A stretch of 64,000 bases of DNA, taken from Mizuhopecten yessoensis. Lineage: Eukaryota. Numbering within the stretch: position 1 is the first letter of the stretch; every line of letters starts with the position of its first letter. Below the pieces are notes generated by a model. It searched no databases. It was not told where the DNA came from and saw nothing but the letters and a program-made list of their open reading frames with translations. The DNA lies in the NCBI RefSeq assembly GCF_002113885.1, contig NW_018408629.1:1174094-1238093 (forward strand), given 5' to 3'. The translations under genes and the position numbers were made by a program. Shown in pieces: positions 26,276-38,416 of this stretch.

Positions 26276-26996
26276 AAACCCCTAAAACATGTAAAATTAC
26301 TCAGAACACCTTAGTTTAGGTTCAAATATAGCTGTAACAAATTCTCAGGTCCCTGTGATTTCCCCAGAGTGCAACAAAGTATACTAAATACTCTTCGTAA
26401 GAATATAAACTCATCGGCCATTAATAGGAAAATTGTTTTATAGATAATATATCTTTTTATTCTCGCCTAACTTCGTCTTGGCGTAACTCTTTGTTGCCAA
26501 TATCATGGTTATTTGGCTTTAAACAGACACATCAACAGTTAATAACCGCTTAAATCCCGCATACTTAAATATTTAATATTATATTAAAATTAAAATTTTG
26601 TCACAACACTATAAATTACTCAAACAAGAAACCCTTTTATATGTAGATAAGAACTTGAACTATTTACGCGTTGTTTATACCTGTGTAACCAAAACTGTTG
26701 AAACATGAATATTAATTTATCATTCGGGCTGTGCTTGCTCCAAATTCGCAACAATGTGTGAGAATAAACCCACAGATGAGAAGAAAAAATTGTTGAAAGT
26801 TACAAAAATTATGAAAAAAATGTCTCATCATGCAAAATATCTTATGGCTTGATGGCGTACTCTTTTAAACCAGCGTCAGGTTTAACGATGAACATAAAAT
26901 AACCTCTTACTTATCTTCAAAGTTCTTATCATGCATTTCAACAAACGTTACTGTGCCTCTAGCTTAAATCTTTTTACCGGGCCTTATCCAAGAACT

Positions 26997-27236
26997 GGGC
27001 CCGTATTCATGAAACCGTTCTCATGCTCAAGCATGGATTTTGTGCTCCAGCCTATAGGGTTTGTTTCGTTGATAAATTAATAATGCAATCTTATTTTGTC
27101 AATGATTTGGAAAAAGCTTGAAGATGCTTTAAGCCAAATACTGTTCGTTTGACATGATTTAAGTGAGTTACAAGAAAGTCGGTTTGAGCACAGAATCTAT
27201 GCTTGAGCGTGAGAATGGTTTCATGAATACGGGCCC
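26997..27236. mobile_element. 240-bp MITE with ~55-bp TIRs (gggcccgtattcatgaaacc...), PIF/Harbinger-like termini
   Basis: gggcccgtattcatgaaaccgttctcatgctcaagcatggattttgtgctc is inverted to gagcacagaatctatgcttgagcgtgagaatggtttcatgaatacgggccc; the superfamily is inferred. Confidence 0.85.
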
Positions 27237-28697
27237 ATGTGTTGAACATAGTAATGGACATTTTTTAGGATAAATTATATCATTGGCAGTCCGTTTCCAA
27301 CTCTCGTAAATACATATTGTCTGTTGTTGCTACCAGATTGGTTGAGATTAAAGTTTGAAAAGTTCAGTTTATTGATTTTTAATTAAAATAAAGTTTTTTA
27401 AAAAAAAATTGCAAGCTTCTAACGCAAAAATTCAAAGAAATCTGTATCAATGAACAATGGATAGTCTGCATACAGAAGTTACATTCACTCAATAACCATT
27501 TTCGCTATCTATTCAATTAACACGTGCTCAGCGAGAGTTCTCACCTCATAACCTGACCAAAATGGAAGAATGTTCCTTTAATAAGATTTTTAATATTCAA
27601 TTAATTATAACTCGTGATATCTGGAGTTATCACTTCATAACAATCAATTTGAAGACTGTTCCGTTAATATTGCTTTTATATATTTTCGTTTTGTTTCTTG
27701 ACATTTAGACGCTGCCAGAACTACTGTTTGTATGACCGTATTGTTGTGAGTAGCTATACGTAAGATGGCGGCGTCGGAACGTATGATAACCTCCGAACTC
27801 CTGATGAGAAAAACACGCGCTCTTCACAGACAATGCGGCTGATACTGTGAATTTTTTAAAAGTGCGCGATAGAAAGGGTAAGCCGTGCCAATGCGCGTGT
27901 ATTTACGGTAGAGGTGAAAAGCGCGTTCGCTGTTGAGGCTTACAGTCGCAGCTCGCCTCTGGGACCTATCTAAACCCGATAAAGTTCTCAAAGTATAATG
28001 TCAGATGACAATAACATATGCATGACGTAGAAGAAACGATTTAGCCTCTTTTATGATTCATTAAATAAAATACCAAATGTTTATGCTAGCCTGAATTGCC
28101 AACTATATATGTATTTTTAGCATATAGAATCCCTGCTATAGGTAATTACGATATGTTCTTTTTGAATAATTATTACATAGTGTCTTATTCAAAAAACATA
28201 TATCACTTATATTGTATCCATACATTTATGGATGGTTAGAGTAACATAAATTGAAATTATATCAAAATTCTGTGTTTAACGTTGGATCAACTATTACTCG
28301 TTTGTATTTTGCTGCTAGTAGCGTGTGAGAGGCTGTGTTTCAGAGGTACCTGCTGTTTGTAGCTTATTCTGCGATACACCGGAGCAACAGGAAAGGGGTT
28401 CAATTTACTTGTAATAAAGATAAGAGACAGCCACGCGGGCCGTGTCGGTCTGCCGTTGTGTGGAGCAACATTATACAACCTGGGCTATAGGAGGGGGAAC
28501 AGGAGATCGGTGTAGCAGACCGCATACCCATCACCGTAACACGATTGATACAGACGCTGCTTCTCACCAGTGCCAATTTACTCACGGACAACACACAAGT
28601 AGCAACAGAGTGACCCCACAATTTCGATAAAGTCTTTAAACAATATGAGAGATTTTTAACTTCGTGTGTCTGCTGGTTCAAACCGAGAAGATACAGT

Positions 28698-28923
28698 ATG
28701 GAACCCTCTCAGGGTTTAAGGAATATGACTAAATCTAAGGAACTATGGCGACAGATCCGACTGGAAATGAAGCAGGTGATTCAGAGTTATTCCACCTTTC
28801 TCCTGATCCCCGTGGTCATCTCTGCCATCCTCTTGATTGTCTTTTTCTGGAGGCGTTACCTGCGCTGGACCGTCCCGTGTCAAAGCTCGCGCCTGCTCAA
28901 CGGTAAAACCGTCATCATTACAG
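28698..28923 (+). CDS. RDH-like exon 1 (membrane anchor to GKTVIITG)
   Basis: MEPSQ...FLLIPVVISAILLIVFFWRRY...LNGKTVIIT(G); donor acag|gtacga. Confidence 0.9.
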
Positions 28924-31900
28924 GTACGATGATTCCGTGAGTAACATGTGTTCTCACCACATGTGATGTCATTACCACAGGTATGACGTCATTGCTACAA
29001 ATATTTACACAACAGGTGTGACTTCATTGCTACAGGTATTTTCAACACAGATGTAACGTTATTACTACAGGTAGTTTACACCCCAGGTGCGACTTTATTA
29101 TCACAGGTAAAAATCAAAATCATTATAGCAGGTTCTTTTCACAGGTGTGACGTCATTGTTACAGATAGTTTCAGGTGTTATATCACCATATCAGATACTC
29201 TCACCAATAGTATTACGTCAAGAAGACAGAGTCATCACCAAATGTGTGATATCCTAATAAGAGGAATGCGCACCGCAGGTGTGACATCATTAATATTAAT
29301 ACTCCTAAGTTGTGACGTAACTACCACAGTAACTTTCTCAACGGTGTGACGTCATTAATACAGATACAAGTTTTCTCACCTTAGGTATGACATCATCAAA
29401 ATAGGTGTTCTCATCATTGTATGACGTCATCATCAATCATACCATAAGCTTATGCGAGGATGTAACAGACAAGTCAAAGTTTACTTTTGCAGTACAGACA
29501 AAATGTAAATTATCAAGAAAATATTTCTATTTATGACATTTTTACCTTTAGATATACACTTATTATTTCGTTACTTGTAGTTCATTTACTTTATTTATTA
29601 ACATTGCTTAATTTTGAGTAATACATTCATGTCATATGCTTAGATATTTCTTTCTATGACAATTTTACCGTTAGATATACACTTATTATTTCGTTACTTG
29701 TAATACATTTACTTTATTTATTAACATTGCTTAATTATGAGTAATACATTCATGTCATATGCAATATGTCTTTACACCTTTTTAGTTCTTTTCTTTTTTT
29801 TCTTTTTTTTTTTTAATAAACACGTGGATGATTTTATGAACATGCCATTCCATCGGTTTAGAGATGAAATGTTCACAGATTATGTCGACTTTATTTAACA
29901 ATTGTGTTGTCATATCACCGCACTTTTCGGAGATATAGTAACCGCGTTTTTAGGGTGTTAGTGCTCGGGTGTGACATCAGATTGCCACTTGGTAAATTCC
30001 GTCTTTGCGTATTGCAGAGTTATCTTCTCTTGTGAGCAGGTATTGATTGTTACGTCATTGGTTCGTGTGAGAAAATTACGCCGTTTTCTCAAAAATTGAT
30101 GACGTTACTCTCACAAACAAGTGACGTAACAATCAATACCTGCTCACAAGTGCAGATAACTCTGCAATATGAAAAGACGGAATACTTTCTAACATTGCCA
30201 ATACACGAAACCTCAAACGAGGCTTAATGGTAAGTAAACTTAATGATTATAAATGAATTGTATATCCCATTAAAATTTTTGAAAAACTGTAAGTTGACTC
30301 TATTTGCTCTTTTTTGTATAAACAGGTATTGTCAAACAAACCATAATTTGAACATAATTGCAACATGTCTATAGATTATGTCGGCAACGTTTTCAAATTA
30401 TGTTGACCTGCGTTACTCGTAATTTTTGAGTCTATGGCAGAAATATGCTACCATACGTTCTTTCTTACGTAACCAACATTTAAAATGACACCACGCACTT
30501 GGCTAACATTTCAACGTTTACACATGGCTGGTTTCTGTTTTTAACTTGAAGTGGAATTTGATATATCTGGATAACGTGTGGTGTTTCAACTAGAGCGTAT
30601 ATCATTAAACCTACATCTTATATCTCCCACAGTCTAACCTGTCTACCAAGTTTAGAAGATAAAACAACTAAAAAATTTTTTCAGTGAATTTCCCCTGTCA
30701 AATAACGTTAATTAATTTTTGCATTGTCTTGCAGCCTAATAATCGGACACTGATTATGATGCTGTGCATGTACAATTCTGGCTTTGCAACACTAGTAGAG
30801 TGTGGGCTTTGTAACGTAAAGGTTCTGAGTTCGAACCATGCAGTTATTAATTTTTGTTTTAATTCACACTTTCAACTTTCGAACACTGTAAAATACACAG
30901 GAACATGTGATTTGTATGGAATACTTTTATTGAAAAGAACTTAAACATATTTTACAATAGTAACAATGATAGTAATATAGCTGAACTTGCTGGTACCATT
31001 TACCGTAAGAAATCACGTAAGTAACGATGTATAAGTATGTTATAAGGCTTTAAGGCTGATGTCTTACAATGTAATTTAATAGTTTACCGACATGAACGAA
31101 CATGTCAAACTATTTTGCTTGCGACCAAACTGAATGGTAAAACGTGACATTATCTAACTATTATGTTCATCTAGGACATGTTTTTTCAGCTGTTGAGTGG
31201 CGTTTCGGCTCCAAATTAACATAGTTGTGCATATATAAAACCACAAAAGTCACAGTTAAATCCCCCGACAACATATGTTATCGGTATATCAATGTAAAAC
31301 CCAGAGCCTTGTGACTAATGAGTAGATATACTTTATATGAAGTTTCCTTTCGTAACATTGAGTGTTGTTATGGAATGCTAGTTATGTAATACATTATCAC
31401 ACGTTTTCATTTACAATGTAACTAACATGTCTAGCGCATTAACATGTTCACAGAATGTTATGAAATAGCCCCATAACAAGTTGATTTAATAATGTAGGTC
31501 ATCTAGCCTTCGTTTAATAGGATTTATGTGGTTTTGCATGGCAACATCTATCTGGATTTGAGGCCAGAACCGCTATCTACAGCTAGTAAAGAGAATATTT
31601 GAAATGTATGTTACATAACATTCAGCTGGGTCACGAAAGATATTGACATGTTGTAATGCCGATGAACTATCTTTATGAAGACATCAGCCTTAATGCCTTA
31701 TCATTGTATGATTCAATCCTAATAACTAAAGTTCAAGTTCAATATATACCCAAATAACATATCTGAATATCGATGATTGTTCTAGTTCTTTGGATAATTT
31801 CCATGGGCTTGAAATATAGGATGACTATACAATCTTTTGGGGCTTATTGGACCGTAAATACGAGACACGTATTAAGACTGTTGTCTGTATGGTGTGTCGC

Positions 31901-34900
31901 TGTACGTCGCGGTCATTGATTTCTGTTTACGTTAAAGTAGGTCAAAACACAAAATTAAAACTGAGTAAGAATAAAATAACTTATTTAAGCACAGAACACG
32001 TAAGTAAAAGTCTCAGTGCTATAATGGCCTGTGTGTAGTATAGTTACAAGATACAAGATACAAGAAACTTTATTTAACGTCACATACAGGTAAACAAGGA
32101 ACATTAGCTCTTGGGATCTATTATTACGACAAGTTACTTCCACAGTAGCAGAAGTGTAGTGTTTAGGTTTAATCAGGAATTCACACTTTTAACTGGTGAT
32201 TTACACTTTTAACTGGTGATTTACACTTTTAACTGTTGATTTACTCTTTTAACTTGTGATTTATGATTTTTAACAAGGCATTTACACTTTTAACTGGTGA
32301 TTTATACTTTTAACTGGTGATTTACACTTTTAACTGGTGATTTATGCATTTAACAAGGGATTTACACTTTTAACAAGGGATGTACACTTTTAACTGGTGA
32401 ATTATACTTTTAACAAGGGATTTATACTTTTAACAAGGGATTTACACTTTTAACAAGGGATTTATACTTTTAACAAGGGATTTACACTTTTAACAAGATA
32501 TTTACTCTTTGAACAAGGGATTTACACTTTTAACTAGACATTTATACCCCTGTCATATTTGTATTCGTAAGAATGTGGAAATAAAGGATGTCTAATCAAC
32601 TTGATATTTTATACCAACAGAAGGGCAGCAAAAGTATTAACGAATCTTAGGAAATTACAATGTTAAAATTTTGTTGATTTTTTCCTCCAATTAACTTACC
32701 ATGGTTAAATTTCTAAGACACATGAATAATATATATATATATATATTGTCAACAGAAGTGCTGGATGATTGTCTAATTCTGTACTGAATTTCATCAGTCT
32801 AGGACGAAAATCTCTGGAAAATCTATAGAGATACAAATAACTAATAAAGAACCAAGTGGGAAAATAACGTTACATGAAAAACTTAAAATACTGTCACTGT
32901 ATACCGACATAATTCTAATAATATTGCGTAATATCCATAGATTGTGTCGACCCTTTTAAGAAGTATGTCAACATACGTCACTAGTAACTCGTGAGTTGGT
33001 GAAATCATCATCATCGATGCTCCCGGGATTTATTCTCCCTTGCGCTCGCTGCACAATAGGAATTTGTAATAGTAAAATTGAATGTACGCTGCTAGCAATT
33101 TGATTGGTCTGTGGTAAAACAAAACAAACCCTGACCAACCGCTAGGCTCGTACTGACAACGGGCTTCAAAGACAGTCAATTTTACCGTTACGCTACCGCG
33201 ATAATCTATTGATGTACATCAAAGGATCTAACTAGTCTTCCTGTCTCATCCACAAGGTGGCGCAGACTGAGCCTTCGATTTTGCAATGACATATACCAGG
33301 GATTCAGAGAATGTGAGTGAGCAAAACTCCTGGAGAATCGAGGATGGGCAGAACTATGACACCATAGAGGAGTGATGTTTTGCAGACAATGTCGTATGCA
33401 TGGCACGATATGCCATGTACACTTGTTGTAGAGAAACACGATTCTCTGTTTCTCCGAGATTAGTCTTGTTTCACGAGTGCTAAACGCTGGGAAACTCGAG
33501 CGAGCGAGACAGACGCGATCATTATCCAATGAGACACTCTGTTACAGAGATGATGTATAGTAATATTGTATACAACGGGAACTTAAGTATTAGGTGTAAC
33601 ATGTACAAGTGAAATTATCCTAGCCATCAGCGTTAGATAAGCGTTCGTCACGGTCTGTTTCATACTGTTAGGTTGATACAGGTAAGAAGGAAAGCAAAAG
33701 TGCTCGAGAACGGGAAAGGGGTGTAGAATTGGCAGACGAAATGATAATGAGTTTCTCATTTGTACAAGTTAAGATATTTTTTACAACTACGGTACAATCG
33801 TACCAAAACAATTTCATAACTCCAATGTTTATCACAGACAGTAGTCGTTGGTTTGTTTGCTTGTATTTCCTTACGGCACATTAACACAAGTCGGGGCCAC
33901 AAGTGAAATCAAACGAACTACAATAAAACCTGTCTAATACAATCCCTTAATATAAAGACACTCGTCCTACAGGTTTATTCTTATTACTTATAACAATCTA
34001 CCTATACCACTTTGAATTACAACATGGCGTTTTTGACATTCTAAAAACACTTTCTTTGAACCTGTTTGCTGTCGAATTAAAAACGTAACATTGTTACTAT
34101 AAAGAAAGACCTTAAACTTACTTAACGTTTAAAAAGCTAACAAAGGTCACGGAGCACATTTACTTTTTAAGCACACAAAGAACCACGCCATTGTTTATGT
34201 GGCTTTAAGACAAATTCTTACAAATGTAAGCGACAGTTTTACCATTAATTAAATTCGATTTTCCCTTGGCAATCATACATACTCTTCTCGACGAAATTAA
34301 AAGAAGATAAAATAACCAAAATTAAAACAAAAACAATCCGCGTGGTAAACTGATCTGGTACCGCGATAAAAGGGTACTTAAAATTACATGTTTATTTATG
34401 AGCACATTTTAACGTGAATAAAGAAGTCACGAATGTGTATGGGAAATGTGTATTATGAGAAATTTCGTAGTTGGTGTTGTTCGCGTCGATACCAGTGTTA
34501 CCACATTATTGCATAAGATGTTGCCGAATCAAACGTGTCTGGTGTTTATCTTTCATTCCAGGAATGATATGTGGTATCTATTACAACTTTAGAGATTAAA
34601 ATTACCTCCTTTACCCATGATATAAGATTATATCCAACAGAACTGCATTGTAACAAGGATCTTTCAGGAAGGCGTTTGTTGATAAGTCGATAATACATGT
34701 CACCAGGTTATGTAATGTGATGAGTGAAATCGGTAGATTCATGCCTTTTAGTTTAAACTTAATATTTTTTAACTTTGTAAATTGTCATGACGACCAATAT
34801 TTTGCTGCGCGTTTGCGTTTGTTATTTGGTATTTGGACCTAGGAAATTTCCCTTCGAATTTCGAGATCTTTAGATACATAGGAACGTAGCTTTCTTTATA

Positions 34901-37900
34901 CATATTTTTGTCTATGACTATGTCTCACACTGTAATAACTTGCGTTTGAAAATTCTTTTGTTTCGTTTTTTCGCCAAAGCATTTGCTTGGTTTCCTTGAT
35001 TGTTTGGGGAATGTTTGCCCTCCATTTCCGATATTTATCAGAAGGTAGGTAAAACGTAAAATACACCATCTTAATATCATATTGTATTCGTTGTTTCAGG
35101 AGCATCTGGGGGACTAGGCAAGTCTACAGCGTACGACCTTGCCAAGAGGGGCGCCAAGGTCATCCTTGCCTGTCGGAACATGAAGAAGGCAGAAGCAGTA
35201 GCCAGGGCAATACGCATGAAGACACATAACGATAACGTGTACGCATACTACATTGATCTTGGATCTTTGCGCACCGTGAAGGACTTTGTACAGGATTTTC
35301 AGAAGAATGAACCAAAACTGGACGTTCTAATTAATAACGCGGGTGAGTCTCTTAGAAACCATACACATTATTGACTTCAATAAATGCAACGCAACATTGA
35401 GTAAATTAATTGAACAATGCGATTCAACTGAACCCTATTTTTTTTTTAAATAATGAAGAAAAATAATTGAAATTACATAAAAAAAGTTGAATAACATATG
35501 CAATAATAACCGAACATCACGGCGAAGAATAACTACTGCCCCTTTAACATGAACACATACGATAGAGCCATTTTTCTTGTTAAAAATCCGTTGTATCAAT
35601 CAGCAACCGAATTGAAATTGCTTTGACAAAATACGTCACTGTGCAACTCTGCATCGTTAAGTTACACTGCGTCACAGTGCTATTCTTAACCAATGAAAAA
35701 GCCGCTGCGGAGGAGTGAGGAACCATTTAGTGGTCATTGGGGAAATAATCATAAACACTATATCCTTGTTGCTGTCGTAAGAAAACCCATTGATATACAT
35801 TGACATTTGTCCACAGCTTACTTGGGGCCTCGGGCCACGACAGAGGACGGGTACGAAAGGAGTTTCGGGGTAAACTATTTGGGCCATTTCTACCTTACCT
35901 ACCTGCTGAAGGACAGACTAAAGAAATGCGCCCCAAGTCGTATCGTCAATGTATGTTCGGACTCCTATGCAAAGGGCAAGCTCGAGTTCGAAGACCTGGC
36001 GATGAAGAACTACGACATTTATGGCGCATACGCGCGCAGTAAACTGGCAATAGCACGGTTCACAGTGGAGGCGCATAGGTGCTGGTTTCCTGACGTTGTG
36101 CTCGCCTACGCTGTGCACCCAGGTATGATAAAGATTGTTTGTACCTTGTTTTGACAAGGGTCTGACATCCCTGTAATGACCAATTGCAAGTTAATATTCT
36201 TTTAATTCAATTTATTACCAATTGCACAATATATCTTGTTTAAGAACAGCGACATTCCCCAAGTTTTCGAAAAGTCTGTACAGTGTCGGAGAACACATGT
36301 AATAATTAACTCCATAATTGTAATGCATGCAGTTAGGTAACACTTTACAACCCTAATGAAATGATAAAGCCGAGGAAAAACTAGGGGCATCGTGGAAGAT
36401 TCGTCGGGAAGATTATTGTTTAATAACGTGCTCATGTAAGGATTTTTGATAACCAGTTTGATATCAATAGCAAAAATCAAATTATCACAGTATAATCTCA
36501 AAAGAGAAGTATGATTGTATTTACATACTTGACACTGAGATTGTGCACTGCATATCAACTTGGATATAAATCCCAATACACACACACGCACACAAGCACA
36601 AACACAAATGTTATCTTTGGTTTATTTAAAATTAAGACGGTGTCCACAGACGATGGGATCACTAAGGGGCACTTTAACTCATCAACCCATACACATTTAA
36701 ACTGGACTTTGCCCAGTCTTTTACTTGGTAAAGTTACAAAGTTGACTTTAGGGGTGTATAAGCTAACGTGCTATATTGCTGACACCGACCTGGCTGGTAT
36801 GAAACGGTAAACTTAATCAAAGTCCTTTTTTTCTAGTACACCTTTTGTTTGTCGAAAATAACGATAAGGTTTGGAAATAAAGTCTTAATGGAAAACAACA
36901 GTATATAAAGAAATGTCTAGGTCACATTTATATATTGTATAATAACATTGCACTAGCGATATAGCATGCATGTAACATTAATAAGTGCATGCGTACAACT
37001 AAACATTGTATAGTGTCCATGTTTCTGAAGTACGATGGTAGTGCATGCACCAATCCAAAATAATAAATCATAAAAATAATTAGTTTTCAAAATTCTGTTG
37101 TGGAACATCCTCAATACTCCATGGATTACGTTTACCTCTTTCGCTTTCTGCATCCCTGGAGTATGTCAGGGAAAAAGCAAAGGCTCAGTGTTCGCCATCA
37201 TGAGGACGAGACAAAAAACAAGGATGTACATTAAAAGAATCTTGCGGTCGCATAACGGTAAATTTGACTAGCCTTGAAGTCAGGCGCCGCTCCTTTGTAA
37301 TCCTCAAAGGACAGATGTAAGCCTAGCGATTGATCAGGTTTATTTTTACTCCAGACAAATCAAATAGCTTGCCGCGTGCCTTCAATTTAGCTATGACATA
37401 TTCCGGGGGTGCAGAGTGTGAAAATGAGTGTTGACCCTGGAGTATCGAGGAGGGTTGTGCGAGAGCATGGTATTTGACAGTTTTATAATTTACATAAAGG
37501 ATACGGATAATGCGACGTAATATAACGTCATATCAAGAGAACAGAGTTATTATGATTTGTGTCAATGTCTTATTCAGGCTGTGTCCACACGGAACTACTG
37601 AGGAACTGGCCTGGAGTTTTCGGAGAGGTGTTGCGGGCAGCTGCGAGGTTTCTGTTCAAGACCCCAGAGGAAGGATGTCAGACAATTGTCTATTGCGCAG
37701 TGGCGGAAGGCATTAGAGACCAATCCGGAAAAATGTTTGAGAACTGTAAACCACTGAAAACGAAAGATTTTGTAAAAGATAAAGCTAAAGGTCGACAACT
37801 GTGGAATAAAAGCTTACGCTTATGTGACTTAGACGAGGAACCTGATGTCTCTGACGACGAGCCTACACCGGAAGTAAACAATGTCAAGGTCACTGGTGAA

Positions 37901-37957
37901 CAGGACGAGACAGGTGCACAACACCTTGCAAATCCGGAAGGAAAGAAAGAGAAATAG
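28698..37957 (+). CDS. Retinol dehydrogenase 11/12/13/14-like short-chain dehydrogenase/reductase, 4 exons, 384 aa
   Basis: Exons 28698-28923, 35100-35342, 35817-36122 and 37578-37957; all introns are phase 1. N-terminal hydrophobic anchor, Rossmann motif TGASGGLG, ILACR, LINNA, FGVNYLGHF, catalytic YARSK, VHPG.V.TEL and KTPEEG.QT. Confidence 0.95.
28911..29432 (+). repeat. Degenerate ~35-bp tandem array seeded at the RDH exon 1 donor site
   Basis: The exon end gtcatcattacag|gta recurs as gtcatt(a/g)c(c/t)acaggta / caggtgtgacgtcatt. Confidence 0.75.
29521..29762. repeat. Direct tandem duplication of ~122 bp
   Basis: atatttct...ttagatatacacttattatttcgttacttgta...cattcatgtcatatgc occurs twice. 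Confidence 0.9.
29995..30184. mobile_element. MITE family copy 2 (inverted relative to copy 1), RDH intron 1
   Basis: Same TIRs as 22838-23027; internal segment is reverse-complemented. Confidence 0.9.
31043..31700. mobile_element. ~660-bp old fold-back element
   Basis: taaggctttaaggctgatgtctt ... aagacatcagccttaatgcctta; further internal inverted similarity (aacatgtcaa/ttgacatgtt). Confidence 0.6.
32180..32545. repeat. 20-bp minisatellite, about 18 copies, two variants
   Basis: tttacacttttaactggtga / tttacacttttaacaaggga. Confidence 0.95.
33010..33238 (-). repeat. Dispersed repeat; diverged copies in the opposite orientation at ~37223-37450 and ~24760-24900
   Basis: cagtcaattttaccgttacgctaccgcg..tctattgatgtacatc reverse-complements to gatgtacatt..agaatcttgcggtcgcataacggtaaatttgact. 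Confidence 0.7.
35100..35342 (+). CDS. RDH-like exon 2
   Basis: tttcag|(G)ASGGLGKSTAYDLAKRGAKVILACRNM...LDVLINNA|gtgagt. Confidence 0.95.
35817..36122 (+). CDS. RDH-like exon 3 (catalytic YxxxK)
   Basis: ccacag|YLGPRATTEDGYERSFGVNYLGHF...AYARSKLA...AVHP(G)|gtatga. Confidence 0.95.
37578..37957 (+). CDS. RDH-like exon 4 to stop
   Basis: ttcag|CVHTELLRNW...FKTPEEGCQTIVYCAV...LWNKSLRLC followed by an acidic tail; TAG ends at 37957. Confidence 0.94.
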
Positions 37958-38266
37958 ATAAATGAATTTAGTTATATGCGTGTGAATGAGTGAGCAGCTG
38001 TTAGACTAAATGCGCATGCTCGTTGTTACTGCTATTTATCATTTCAATGTTAGGTAGAGATAAGATTGTGTGTGAGTGTTATATAGCTGTCACTTATACA
38101 TTTGTAAGGTAGGTGCAGGATTTCGCTGATTGTTGGCTCCATTATGTTACAAGCAGTGTTTCTTATCTACTGAAAGGATGTTATTACGTTGAATGTTGCA
38201 TTATGTATGCCATTCAAAGTCACACAAATGATTACTTTAACCTATTTACTTATCAACGTTATGTTG

Positions 38267-38416
38267 TTTTGCGTATTGCAGAGTTATCTTCTCTTGGGAA
38301 CAGGTATTGATTGTTACGTCATTGGTTTGTGCGAGAAAATAACGTCGTTACAAACAAGTGACGTAACAATCAATACCTGCTCCCAAGAGAAGATAACTCT
38401 GCAATACGCAAAGACG
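38267..38416. mobile_element. MITE family copy 3, internally deleted, ~310 bp downstream of the RDH stop (probable 3' UTR)
   Basis: tttgcgtattgcagagttatcttctcttggga.caggtattgattgttacgtca ... tgacgtaacaatcaatacctg.tcccaagagaagataactctgcaatacgcaaa. Confidence 0.9.
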
